This document shows, in pieces, positions 10,622 to 19,732 of a stretch of 64,000 bases of DNA. A program made the translations under genes and the position numbers. Source of the DNA: Candidatus Poribacteria bacterium (GTDB taxonomy: Bacteria; Poribacteria; WGA-4E; WGA-3G); contig OZ242325.1 in assembly GCA_965208245.1 (NCBI GenBank), positions 1,395,699 through 1,459,698 on the forward strand. Direction: 5' to 3'. Within the stretch, counting starts at the first letter, position 1, and every line of letters starts with the position of its first letter. The notes beneath the pieces are model-generated. The model did not search any database and was not told the origin of the DNA. It saw nothing but the letters and a program-made list of their open reading frames with translations.

Positions 10622-11125
10622 ATGAATCGAAGAGAAACCTTGCTTGATAGAGCACAGCGAAATCCAAATGGACTAAAATTTAGAGACTTTAAAAAACGCC
10701 TCCGTCAGTGTGGATGGACACAACACCGTCAGCGAGGAATCACCGAACACGGTATTCACCCAGTAGGTATCGCCTCATCATCCAACCGGAGCGTTCTAGG
10801 GCGAAGGAATACCAAGTTCGGCAATTTCTCAAACAATACAATCAGGAGACAGCAGATGAAGACGCATAACCAAGACGACTTTGATGGTTTCATGATCAAT
10901 GTGTTTTTTGATGAAGATGGTGATTACCTGGCACACCTCATGGAACTCCCAAATGTCTCAGCTTTCGGACCAACACCTGCCAAGGCATTAGATGAACTAA
11001 AAATCTCATGGGAATTGATGAAGGAATGTTACCACAAAGATGGCGAACCTATACCGACACCACCTTCACGCGATGGATATGAAGGGCCCTTCAATGTTCT
11101 TGTTGATGCCCAACTTTATATGTAG
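10622..11125 (+). CDS. HicA-like toxin domain fused in frame to a HicB-like (UPF0150) antitoxin domain, single 167-aa ORF
   Basis: N-terminal part LKFRDFKKRLRQCGWTQHRQRG..EHGIHP resembles HicA (GW..R..GSH..F.HP). C-terminal part FDGFMINVFFDEDGDYLAHLMELPNVSAFGPTPAKALDELK...KDGEPIPTP strongly resembles HicB (F..EDGGY.V.FPDLPGC...G.T.EEAL....DGEPIP.P). No stop codon separates the two. Confidence 0.55.
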   Translation: MNRRETLLDRAQRNPNGLKFRDFKKRLRQCGWTQHRQRGITEHGIHPVGIASSSNRSVLGRRNTKFGNFSNNTIRRQQMKTHNQDDFDGFMINVFFDEDGDYLAHLMELPNVSAFGPTPAKALDELKISWELMKECYHKDGEPIPTPPSRDGYEGPFNVLVDAQLYM

Positions 11126-11147
11126 GAAAGCAGAATAGGAAATACAG

Positions 11148-11930
11148 ATGGAAAATAAACCGATAAATATACTCAAAACAGAAGGATTAAGCAGACACTA
11201 TGGCGGTGTAATAGCATTGTCGGATGTCGAAATGAACATACATCCAGGTCAGATATCCAGTCTGATAGGTCCCAACGGTGCTGGTAAAACCACACTCTTT
11301 AACTGCGTTACCGGGTTAGACAAACCAACTTATGGGTCAACATTTTTTTTAGGAAAACGAATTACAGGTTTTCGTCCTGATCAGGTAACAAAACTCGGTA
11401 TTGCTCGCACATTTCAGAACATCAGACTTTTTACAGAACTTACGGTCTTAGATAACGTCAAAATAGGGAGACATCCGCGCACCTCAAGCACACTTGTAGG
11501 GTCAGTATTTCATACGCCAAGACAAAAAAAAGAAGAACAACAAATTACAGAATATGCAATGGACATGCTCAGGTTCGTAGGTTTAGAAGACATTAGCGAT
11601 CAAACAGCAGGAAATCTATCTTATGGTGACCAACGGAGAGTCGAAATCGCACGAGCATTAGCAACAAAACCTCTACTCATACTCCTTGACGAACCCGCAG
11701 CAGGAATGAACCCACTTGAAACACAACAACTCATTTCTCTTATCTATACGATACGTGATCAAGGAATCTCTGTCCTATTGATAGAGCATGATATGAAACT
11801 CGTCATGCAAATATCCGATTGGGTCACCGTACTTGACCACGGAGAAAAAATCTGTGATGGTGAACCCACAGTCGTTCAAAACGATGAACGCGTCATTGCA
11901 GCATATTTAGGAACTTCTGACGATGCTTAA
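11148..11930 (+). CDS. livG: ABC transporter ATP-binding protein, LivG-like (branched-chain amino acid type)
   Basis: Walker A GPNGAGKTT, ABC signature LSYGDQRR, Walker B LLILLDEPAAGMN, characteristic LivG insert. Confidence 0.85.
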   Translation: MENKPINILKTEGLSRHYGGVIALSDVEMNIHPGQISSLIGPNGAGKTTLFNCVTGLDKPTYGSTFFLGKRITGFRPDQVTKLGIARTFQNIRLFTELTVLDNVKIGRHPRTSSTLVGSVFHTPRQKKEEQQITEYAMDMLRFVGLEDISDQTAGNLSYGDQRRVEIARALATKPLLILLDEPAAGMNPLETQQLISLIYTIRDQGISVLLIEHDMKLVMQISDWVTVLDHGEKICDGEPTVVQNDERVIAAYLGTSDDA

Positions 11931-12627
11931 ACTTCAAAACATTCACACATACTACGGTAATATCAGAGCTGTACGCGGAATCTCAATCGAAGTAAACGTC
12001 GGTGAAAAGGTATGTATGATCGGTGCAAACGGTGCTGGAAAATCTACAACACAGATGACAATTTCCGGTATATATAAACCCGTACAGGGAACTATCACTT
12101 TTGATGGGATGGACATCACCAGATCCTCTCCTGAACAAAGAGTTAAATGGGGAATCTCACAAGTGCCTGAAGGACGACTGATCTTTCCTGATATGACTGT
12201 CCTTGAAAACCTTGAACTCGGCGCATACCTCAGAAAGGATACAGCAGGAATCAGAACAGACCTAAACAAAATATACGACTATTTCCCCATCCTTTTTAAT
12301 AGAAAAAAACAACGCGGGGGCAGTCTCAGTGGCGGCGAACAGCAGATGTTGGCTATCGGACGCTCACTCATGTCACACCCAACACTATTACTATTAGATG
12401 AACCCTCCTTAGGTTTAGCACCACTCATAGTAAAACAGATTTTTGAAATCCTCCAGCAGATAAATGAAGAAGGTACAACAATCCTATTAGTTGAGCAGAA
12501 CGCACAACTTGCATTGAACCTAACAGACAGAGGCTATGTCATGGAAACAGGAGAAATAACAATTGAAGGGAATTCAACCGATCTATTAGCAGATGAAAGG
12601 GTGCGACAAGCCTATCTCGGAGAATAA
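11923..12627 (+). CDS. livF: ABC transporter ATP-binding protein, LivF-like
   Basis: Walker A GANGAGKST, signature LSGGEQQM, Walker B LLLLDEPSLGLAP. Overlaps livG by 8 bp. Confidence 0.85.
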   Translation: MLKLQNIHTYYGNIRAVRGISIEVNVGEKVCMIGANGAGKSTTQMTISGIYKPVQGTITFDGMDITRSSPEQRVKWGISQVPEGRLIFPDMTVLENLELGAYLRKDTAGIRTDLNKIYDYFPILFNRKKQRGGSLSGGEQQMLAIGRSLMSHPTLLLLDEPSLGLAPLIVKQIFEILQQINEEGTTILLVEQNAQLALNLTDRGYVMETGEITIEGNSTDLLADERVRQAYLGE

Positions 12628-12631
12628 TTAA

Positions 12632-13495
12632 ATGTATCCAACGCTAATTAACTTCGGCACGATCGGAAACTTTCCTGTCGGAATTCATAGTTACGGTGTG
12701 ATGTTAGCAACCGCATTTATTACATGCAGTCTCCTGTTAGGACGGGAATTGAACCGTAGAGGATTTCAGGGAGAGATTGCAACTGCTTTAGTCGCCGCTG
12801 GAGCCATCGGTGGAATTGTCGGAGCAAAAATATATTATGTCCTTTTCATTGCGGACCCTTTTCATTTACACGACATGTTCAGTCCAAGCGGCTTAGTCTG
12901 GTATGGTGGATTATTTGGGGGCAGCGCAGGTGTGACGTGGGTAATACTCAGATCCACAAACCCGTTTTTACCGACGATTGACATAATCGGTCCACTGCTC
13001 CTACTCGGATACGGAATTGGTCGCATCGGGTGTTTACTCGCCGGTGACGGTGATTACGGTCCCCCTTCTGATCTCCCGTGGGCAATGGCATTTCCTAACG
13101 GCACAGTACCCACAGATGTCCCTGTCCATCCAACACCAATATATGAAACAACTATCTCCTTTATATTCTTTGGTATTCTCTGGTCACAACGTAAGAAGTT
13201 TGTATCAATACCAGGATTACTTTTCGGGGCGAGTCTTGTTGGACTTGCAGTAGAGAGATTCATTGTTGAATTCTGGCGCTTGACACCGCGTGTATTCCCA
13301 GAAACTTCATCGTTGTCATGGTTGACATCACCCCAATTAGTTAGTATAATCTTGTTCTGTTTCGGCATCTTCTTTATCATGTGGATGTCCAAGCGTCCAA
13401 GAGTAGATGCAGCATCCCCTATGACTGATGAGCAACCGATACCTGAACCAAAGAAAAGATCACATCGTCCACAAAAACGGAGACAGCGGCGTTAA
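12632..13495 (+). CDS. lgt: Prolipoprotein diacylglyceryl transferase (Lgt)
   Basis: Multi-TM protein with Lgt-type signature GYGIGRIGCLLAGDGDYG and HPTPIYE. Basic C-terminal tail. Confidence 0.7.
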   Translation: MYPTLINFGTIGNFPVGIHSYGVMLATAFITCSLLLGRELNRRGFQGEIATALVAAGAIGGIVGAKIYYVLFIADPFHLHDMFSPSGLVWYGGLFGGSAGVTWVILRSTNPFLPTIDIIGPLLLLGYGIGRIGCLLAGDGDYGPPSDLPWAMAFPNGTVPTDVPVHPTPIYETTISFIFFGILWSQRKKFVSIPGLLFGASLVGLAVERFIVEFWRLTPRVFPETSSLSWLTSPQLVSIILFCFGIFFIMWMSKRPRVDAASPMTDEQPIPEPKKRSHRPQKRRQRR

Positions 13496-13665
13496 TTGAC
13501 TTTCGGTTATTAGCGGCTGGAAATCAATTAATTAATGGATTGTACTTGAAGAAAACAGTCTCCAAAAAGCTAATGATGAAGAAGATATTGTAGAAGTCTC
13601 AATAGATGAACTGTAAAATCAAGTCTTAATGTTGACGGTGTTGATTTCCAATTGGTGCATTGATG

Positions 13666-15648
13666 TTAGGACACAATATTACATTGTGGTAACGAGTCTA
13701 TAAAGAGTTTACCATACCTGCGCGTCCTGATTCTTGCATCCAGAATGACAACGATGCCTTGGTCGGTTTGCGTCCGGATAAGCCGTCCAAATCCCTGCTT
13801 AAATCGCAGAATTGCTTCTGGTAAACTGAATTCCATAAACTCGTTGCCACCTTTTTCCTTAATCTGTTTGACGCGTGCTTCCAATACAGGATGGGTTGGT
13901 ACTTCAAACGGTAATCTTGTAATAACGACACTGCTCAACGCTTCACCGCGAACATCAACACCTTCCCAGAAACTGGAAGTGCCGAACAGCACAGAATTTG
14001 TATCTTCACGGAAAGATTCAAGCATATCCGATCGTGAAAGATCACCTCCCTGTTTGAACGTTTCAATGCCGATTTTAGCAAGGTAAGGAGCAACTTCATC
14101 GTATACTTCATCCATCATCTTGTAACTTGTGAATAGAACAAATGCCTTTCCGTGAGTCAGTTTAAGATAGTGTTTTATCTCCTTAATTGCGGCAGGAACA
14201 AATTCATTACTATTCGGTTCAGGCATTGCGCGAGGAATGTGGAGTTCAACCTGTTCTTTGAAATTAAAGGGTGATTGCACAAGGTGTTCTTGACAATCAA
14301 CTATACCGATTCGACTCTTGAAATAATCAAATGTTTGATTAGTGGATAGAGTAGCACTTGTCATGACAACACTCTCTTTCGTCTCAAATAGAGTTTCTTG
14401 CAACATCTGACTCACATTTACCGGCGTAGCATTCAGCATAATACGCGGCATGCGTCCCCATCTTGAAGTTTCTATCCAGTAGATGTAGTTAGGGTCCGGT
14501 TGACGTATCATCAGATCCAACTCCTCGCGAAGTCTTACACACTGGTTGTAGTAAGATGACAATTCCTGTTCATCATCTTCCAGTTGAGAAACCTCCCGCA
14601 TCTGTTTAAGTGTCCTCTCGATTTGTGAGAGCGGTTGATCTAACGTATTTCCCATTGAGAACACCCTATCAAGGTTGGTCTCATCGACTCTAACAGTTGT
14701 ACTTCTGTTCTCTAATTCATTAAAGTATGTTTCAACGGCATCAAAAAATTGGTTTGCTTGTTCACGCGTTTCATCGACCTGTTCTTTTAGGACATCGGAC
14801 TCGAATCGGGTTGCTGTACCACTCTCGTTCCGTTCACCGAATAATGCATCTAAGAACCATTTTACGCGTGTATTGCTAAGTTCAACACTAGCATGCGTTG
14901 TCGCTGTAGATTCCAAGTGGTGTGCTTCATCAATGATGAGATAGTCATAGTCAGGAAGTATACCTATAGAAGGGTCTTTCTGTTTAAGTACTAAATCGCT
15001 AAAGAGGAGATGATGGTTGACAATCAATAGGTCTGCCTCATACATCTGATTCCGTGCCTTAAAATAGAAACAGACTTCGTAAGTTGGACAATTTCTTCGA
15101 AGACAGTTATCTCGATCAGATACAACCTTGTCCCAGATATGAGGTCTTGGTTCAAAATGTAGGTCTGCACGACTACCATCGTCGGTCTGTTCAACCCATT
15201 TGACAATATCCTGTACCTGTTCAACTTCTTCGTAGGTATCAAATAAACCCCGATCATATTGAATGAAACTGTCTAATCTTCGCCGCGAGAGGTAGTTCCG
15301 TCTACCTTTCGCGAGTACTGCCTTGAAATCCCGTGGGAGAACTTTCTGAAGGAAAGGAATATCTTTGGTAACGAGTTGTTCTTGCAGGCTAATTGTGTTT
15401 GTTGATACGACTACAGTCTGTTCATTCCTCAACGCAAGCGAGATCGCAGGAATGAGATACGCAAAACTTTTACCAACGCCTGTACCAGCTTCAACTATCA
15501 GGTGATCGGAAGTGGCAAATGCTCGTGCAACAGCATTCGCCATGTTTAATTGCCCTTCGCGAAACTCATAACCTATTAAGTGTTGGGAGATGATTCCGCC
15601 TGGACTAAATATATCTCTAAGGGTAAGTGTTTTAGAAGTTTGTGACAT
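13666..15648 (-). CDS. DinG/Rad3-family ATP-dependent DNA helicase
   Basis: Walker A GTGVGKS, DEAH box (IIDEAHHLE), 660 aa, C-terminal helicase motifs. Confidence 0.85.
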   Translation of the reverse strand: MSQTSKTLTLRDIFSPGGIISQHLIGYEFREGQLNMANAVARAFATSDHLIVEAGTGVGKSFAYLIPAISLALRNEQTVVVSTNTISLQEQLVTKDIPFLQKVLPRDFKAVLAKGRRNYLSRRRLDSFIQYDRGLFDTYEEVEQVQDIVKWVEQTDDGSRADLHFEPRPHIWDKVVSDRDNCLRRNCPTYEVCFYFKARNQMYEADLLIVNHHLLFSDLVLKQKDPSIGILPDYDYLIIDEAHHLESTATTHASVELSNTRVKWFLDALFGERNESGTATRFESDVLKEQVDETREQANQFFDAVETYFNELENRSTTVRVDETNLDRVFSMGNTLDQPLSQIERTLKQMREVSQLEDDEQELSSYYNQCVRLREELDLMIRQPDPNYIYWIETSRWGRMPRIMLNATPVNVSQMLQETLFETKESVVMTSATLSTNQTFDYFKSRIGIVDCQEHLVQSPFNFKEQVELHIPRAMPEPNSNEFVPAAIKEIKHYLKLTHGKAFVLFTSYKMMDEVYDEVAPYLAKIGIETFKQGGDLSRSDMLESFREDTNSVLFGTSSFWEGVDVRGEALSSVVITRLPFEVPTHPVLEARVKQIKEKGGNEFMEFSLPEAILRFKQGFGRLIRTQTDQGIVVILDARIRTRRYGKLFIDSLPQCNIVS

Positions 15649-15668
15649 AAAGTTGAATGATTATATAA

Positions 15669-17003
15669 CTATTCTTTCGTTAAGTGAACTGTAACCTGCT
15701 CTACACCGAAACTACTTTTTATCTCAATCTTCAGTTCTTCAGCTTCTCGTTCAAGTTGAAGGATTGCTTCAAGAGCTGCAACATCAGGTATCTTTTTTCC
15801 GTTGACTTTAAGGATAAGTGAACCGCGTGGAATCTTTGCATTGTAGCCTGGCGCGTCTACTTGTACTCTTTCCACGACAACACCGCTATCTTCTTCAGTT
15901 AGGTAAGTGTACCTTTCAAAATCCTGTTTTTCCAATTTCCGTACTGCTAATCCAAGTGTTTTCCATGGTACAGAATCGTCTTCGTAAGGTATACCCGCTA
16001 ATTCAGGTGGTATTTCATCAATTATCACATTTAAGGTTTTATCTCTACCGCTGCGCAATACCTTAATTACTGCCTTTTTGCCAACTTTTGATTCAGCGAT
16101 TAGCGTCATCAGGTCCACTGATTTTTTTATCTTTTCACCATTGTATTCAACGATTACATCATTTCGCCTCATTCCAGCACGGTATGCGGGTGTATCCGAT
16201 CTCACGAAAGTGACACGGATCCCATCGCGTACTTCCCGCATTCTGATTCCGAGGTATCCCCGGATAATCTTTCCATTTGCAATGAGTTGATCACCAATAT
16301 TATTGACCATATTGCTTGGAATAGCAAATCCCGCGCCTGCCCGAACCGGTGCTGGAGTATTCTCTACCTTCCGAATGAGCGCATTTATTCCAACAACTTC
16401 TCCGTAAATATTAAGCAGCGGTCCGCCACTGCTACCCGTATGAATCCAAGCGTCTGTCTGAATAAAGTTCTGGTGTCGGATAAATTGAAGTCCGAGCGGT
16501 ACTGACCGACCCTTACCACTTACAACACCTGTCGTTACCGAATATTCAAGCTGAAAAGGGTTACCGATGGCAACCGCAAATTGTCCAACTTGCACCTTTT
16601 CTGAATTTGCTAAGGGTAGGGTTGGAAACACCTCTTCACGATTCACTTTTAAGACAGCGATATCAGTGATAATATCCGTTCCAACTAATTTTGCATCAAG
16701 TTCAGTTCCATCTAATAACTTGACCCTATAGTATTCTGCACCACGAACGATGTGGTCATTTGTCAAAATATGACCATCTTCACGATAAAAGAAACCTGAA
16801 CCGGCACGATTCAACTCCCGATCTGAGTGTCCCGCAAAAATTCCAACAATTGCAGGTTTTGCTTTCGTAGCAATGTCAACGAAGGCACTTTCAATAGCAC
16901 TGAGTAACTCCAAATTACTCGGCAATTCTGTTTTGTTTGCACATGACGCAAATATAACAATCATCATGACAAGAGTGCAATACAAGGATAACTTCTTTCG
17001 CAT
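15669..17003 (-). CDS. HtrA/DegP/DegQ-family periplasmic serine protease with two PDZ domains
   Basis: Signal peptide from the ATG at 17003. Trypsin-like catalytic segments (TNDHIV..., DIAVLK, GSSGGPL). Two PDZ-like C-terminal regions. Confidence 0.9.
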   Translation of the reverse strand: MRKKLSLYCTLVMMIVIFASCANKTELPSNLELLSAIESAFVDIATKAKPAIVGIFAGHSDRELNRAGSGFFYREDGHILTNDHIVRGAEYYRVKLLDGTELDAKLVGTDIITDIAVLKVNREEVFPTLPLANSEKVQVGQFAVAIGNPFQLEYSVTTGVVSGKGRSVPLGLQFIRHQNFIQTDAWIHTGSSGGPLLNIYGEVVGINALIRKVENTPAPVRAGAGFAIPSNMVNNIGDQLIANGKIIRGYLGIRMREVRDGIRVTFVRSDTPAYRAGMRRNDVIVEYNGEKIKKSVDLMTLIAESKVGKKAVIKVLRSGRDKTLNVIIDEIPPELAGIPYEDDSVPWKTLGLAVRKLEKQDFERYTYLTEEDSGVVVERVQVDAPGYNAKIPRGSLILKVNGKKIPDVAALEAILQLEREAEELKIEIKSSFGVEQVTVHLTKE

Positions 17004-17108
17004 AGTATGTTCCTTTTTAGTGATTTTTACAGGGATAATACTCTCCAATTAGGTTTCAGATGGTTGATGTATAATTTATTTTAACAAATTCTCATGGGAT
17101 TATCAATT

Positions 17109-17246
17109 CAATTTATAGCGAACTTTAGAATTAATGCCAGTTATAATATTAACGTCTTCACAACGGGCGAGGAAACCTCGCCCCTACGAGGGTGATTTTT
17201 GTAAATACGTTAAATGTCTCATTAATTGTTGATTTTACTATAATTG
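17109..17246. repeat. Repeat family A copy 1 (solo), homologous to the region immediately upstream of the IS3-like orfA stub at 49692-49816
   Basis: Shared blocks: caatttatagYgaacttYagaattaatg, the hairpin acaacgggcgagg..acctcgcccctacg, and aaatgtctcattaattRttgaYtttactataattg. Copy 1 carries an extra about 25-bp insert. Confidence 0.8.
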
Positions 17247-17247
17247 G

Positions 17248-18057
17248 CTATTCAATGATACCTTCCATGCGTGCTTGGATCCACGGTTTGTGTTCAGGAT
17301 GTGTGTGAATATAGAAAACACCATTTTGAATTGCGTTGACAACGTGTTCAGCGATTTCAGCCGGCGACAAACCTGCCTGCATTTCGACGTGTGCATTCCG
17401 GATAAAACCCTCTGTTACAGTATTGTGATCTACTTCTGTTTCTGGATTCTGTAATGAATCTGGACGGTTTCGTTCAGTGTTTAAGATTCCTGTTTGCACC
17501 CAACCTGGACATAACACATGTACCTGAATCAGTGAATCGATCTGTGCTAATTCATCAGCGAGGGTTTCAGATAGCGCAACTACGCCGTGTTTACTTACCT
17601 TATATATACCTGGACCTGGACTTCGAATCAGTCCGAGTATTGAAGCAGTGTTTACGATATGACATTCTGTCTTTTGTGACAGCATTTGTGGAACGAAGGT
17701 TCGAATTCCGTGTATGACTCCCCAGAGGTTAACCCCGAGTACCCATTCCCAATCGGCGATCGTATGTTCCCATATCGGACGACTGCAAACCACGCCAGCA
17801 TTGTTGCATAGGATATGGACTGCACCAAATGCCTCAATCGTCAATGCTGCCAGATGTTCAACGTCCTGTGCATTAGACACATCCGTCTTCACAGCAAGGA
17901 CAGTTGCTCCACTTGCTTGTAAATCATCTCTAAGTCTGAATAGGGGTTTTTCCTCAACATCTGCAAGGACAACTGTTATCCCTTCAGCAGCGAAACGTTC
18001 TGCTAATCCTCTGCCTATACCACTCGCTGCGCCTGTAATTACTGCGACTTGTTTCAT
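17248..18057 (-). CDS. Short-chain dehydrogenase/reductase (SDR) family oxidoreductase
   Basis: N-terminal TGAASGIGRG Rossmann motif, NNAG, and YKVSKHG catalytic motif. Confidence 0.9.
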   Translation of the reverse strand: MKQVAVITGAASGIGRGLAERFAAEGITVVLADVEEKPLFRLRDDLQASGATVLAVKTDVSNAQDVEHLAALTIEAFGAVHILCNNAGVVCSRPIWEHTIADWEWVLGVNLWGVIHGIRTFVPQMLSQKTECHIVNTASILGLIRSPGPGIYKVSKHGVVALSETLADELAQIDSLIQVHVLCPGWVQTGILNTERNRPDSLQNPETEVDHNTVTEGFIRNAHVEMQAGLSPAEIAEHVVNAIQNGVFYIHTHPEHKPWIQARMEGIIE

Positions 18058-18103
18058 TCATATTCCTTTTGTGATTGCTCATATTGTTCTGTCCAGTTAT
18101 ATT

Positions 18104-18178
18104 TGTAGGTCGGGTAGAGCGAAGCGAAACCTATAAATCAACGCTATGAATGCCTTATGGCATTCCTGCCTACAGAGT
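18104..18178. repeat. Repeat family B, partial/degenerate copy (one intact 28-bp arm TGTAGGTCGGGTAGAGCGAAGCGAAACC plus a degenerate partner ...cctgcctacag)
   Basis: The arm is identical to the terminal inverted repeats of the full copy at 55774-55897. An internal gaatgccttatggcattc hairpin is present. Confidence 0.7.
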
Positions 18179-18442
18179 ACGTGAATAGTTTTTTGTATAC
18201 TTGACCATAGATTGTAATTATACCACATCCTTGGTTTAGATAGAGTCCCTAATTGCTGATTGCAATACATATATTTCATCTTCATACAGGACTGAGGTCC
18301 ATATTAGACTTGTTTTATCTTCTTAAATGGACGCATAAGGTGTAATTCATAACAATTCATCCCCTAGTCCAAACATCCATTTTCTGTTGAATATATGCCC
18401 ACTTTATGCTATTCTATAAACAGATTTTCCATAGGAGTGAGC

Positions 18443-19096
18443 ATGTTAGAAGAAACAACATTTAGAGAACAGGAGCTCCGAGAACTCTCTAAATATATAC
18501 TGACCCATTTTTCAGATAGAAGTGTGAGATGGTTATTAGAGGACAAAGAGAATGTTCGGGGTCTAATAGAAATCCTTGTGAGTGAGCTAGTAGATTATAT
18601 TGATTTCAGTCACCTTGAACGGCAAAATACTATATTCTTATCAAGCAAACTACAGGAACAAGTATCAGATCTGATTTTCAGTGTGCCTTTCAAGAGTGGT
18701 TCTGAAACAGATGAACTTCTGATATATATTTTGATAGAGCATCAGTCGACGGTAGATGTTTCAATGGGTTTCCGTTTGTTATTTTATATGATGCATATCT
18801 GGGATGCACAACGACAGGAGTGGTTAAGAGATAACGTTCCGAAAAGTGAATGGCGTTTGCGTCCGATAGTACCTATCGTGTTTTACAGTGGTGACCGCCG
18901 GTGGCATGTGCCGTTATCTTTGACAGCGATGATGGATATACCGAAAGAGCTGACCCGATTTGCTCCCAATTTTGATGCCCTCATTCTCAATGTAAAAAAA
19001 ATGGAGACATCGGAATTTACAAAAACGGGTCATCCGTTTGGATGGTTGCTCACGGTCTTACAGAATGAAGACGCGGATAAGGTAGCTGAACAGTAG
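18443..19096 (+). pseudogene. Rpn/YhgA-family (PD-(D/E)XK recombination-promoting nuclease / transposase_31) gene, N-terminal part, separated from its C-terminal part by an IS607-family element
   Basis: LIYILIEHQSTVDVSMGFRLLFYMMHIW and IVPIVFYSGDRRWHVP match conserved Rpn/YhgA blocks. The ORF ends at 19096, just before the IS. Confidence 0.6.
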
Positions 19097-19150
19097 TAAA
19101 AAATCTATATTTTTCTTGATATTTCAATATGTTTATGATATACTATTTAT

Positions 19151-19732
19151 ATGACTTATGTATCAACACGTAAAGCAAGCAAGTTGCTGGATTATACACC
19201 TGACCATCTAAGGAGATTAGCAAATGCGGGAAAGATTGACACAATCCGCACGGAGGGCGGACACAGACGTTATGATGTTGATGGATACATCAAAAGCAAA
19301 TCCGATTCAACTCTTGTTACCATTTGCTACTGCAGGGTCTCCAGTGCCAAGCAAAGAGACGATCTTGAACGACAAGTTAACTATATGCGAAGCATCTACC
19401 CCGAAGCAGAAGTTATCCGAGACATCGGAAGCGGTCTCAACTTTAAAAGAAAAGGTCTTAGAACCTTACTGGAACGGCTTATGCAAGGTGATAAGCTCCA
19501 AGTTGTTATTGCCCATCGGGATAGACTCGCCCGGTTCGGTATCGACCTTATACGATATCTCATTGAACAAAACGGTGGCGAACTCGTGGTTTTGGACCAG
19601 ACAGAACACAGTCCGCAAGAAGAGCTCACGGCGGATCTTCTCGCAATCCTGCATGTCTTCAGTTGTAGAATGCATAGACTCCGAAGTTATCGTCAAAAAA
19701 TCAAAGAAGATAAGAGTTTATCCGACAGTTGA
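19151..19732 (+). CDS. tnpA: IS607-type transposase TnpA (MerR-like HTH + serine recombinase catalytic domain)
   Basis: N-terminal HTH (KASKLLDYTPDHLRRLANAGKI). Catalytic serine context VTICYCRVSSAKQRDDLERQ. 193 aa. Confidence 0.8.
   Translation: MTYVSTRKASKLLDYTPDHLRRLANAGKIDTIRTEGGHRRYDVDGYIKSKSDSTLVTICYCRVSSAKQRDDLERQVNYMRSIYPEAEVIRDIGSGLNFKRKGLRTLLERLMQGDKLQVVIAHRDRLARFGIDLIRYLIEQNGGELVVLDQTEHSPQEELTADLLAILHVFSCRMHRLRSYRQKIKEDKSLSDS

Noticed and set aside
19224-19652. Long 5' extension of the tnpB ORF (called start 19224)
   Set aside because: The extension overlaps tnpA in another frame. The canonical TnpB N-terminus (KKIRVYPTVEQ...) begins right after the ATG at 19653, so the upstream 143 codons are most likely not translated.
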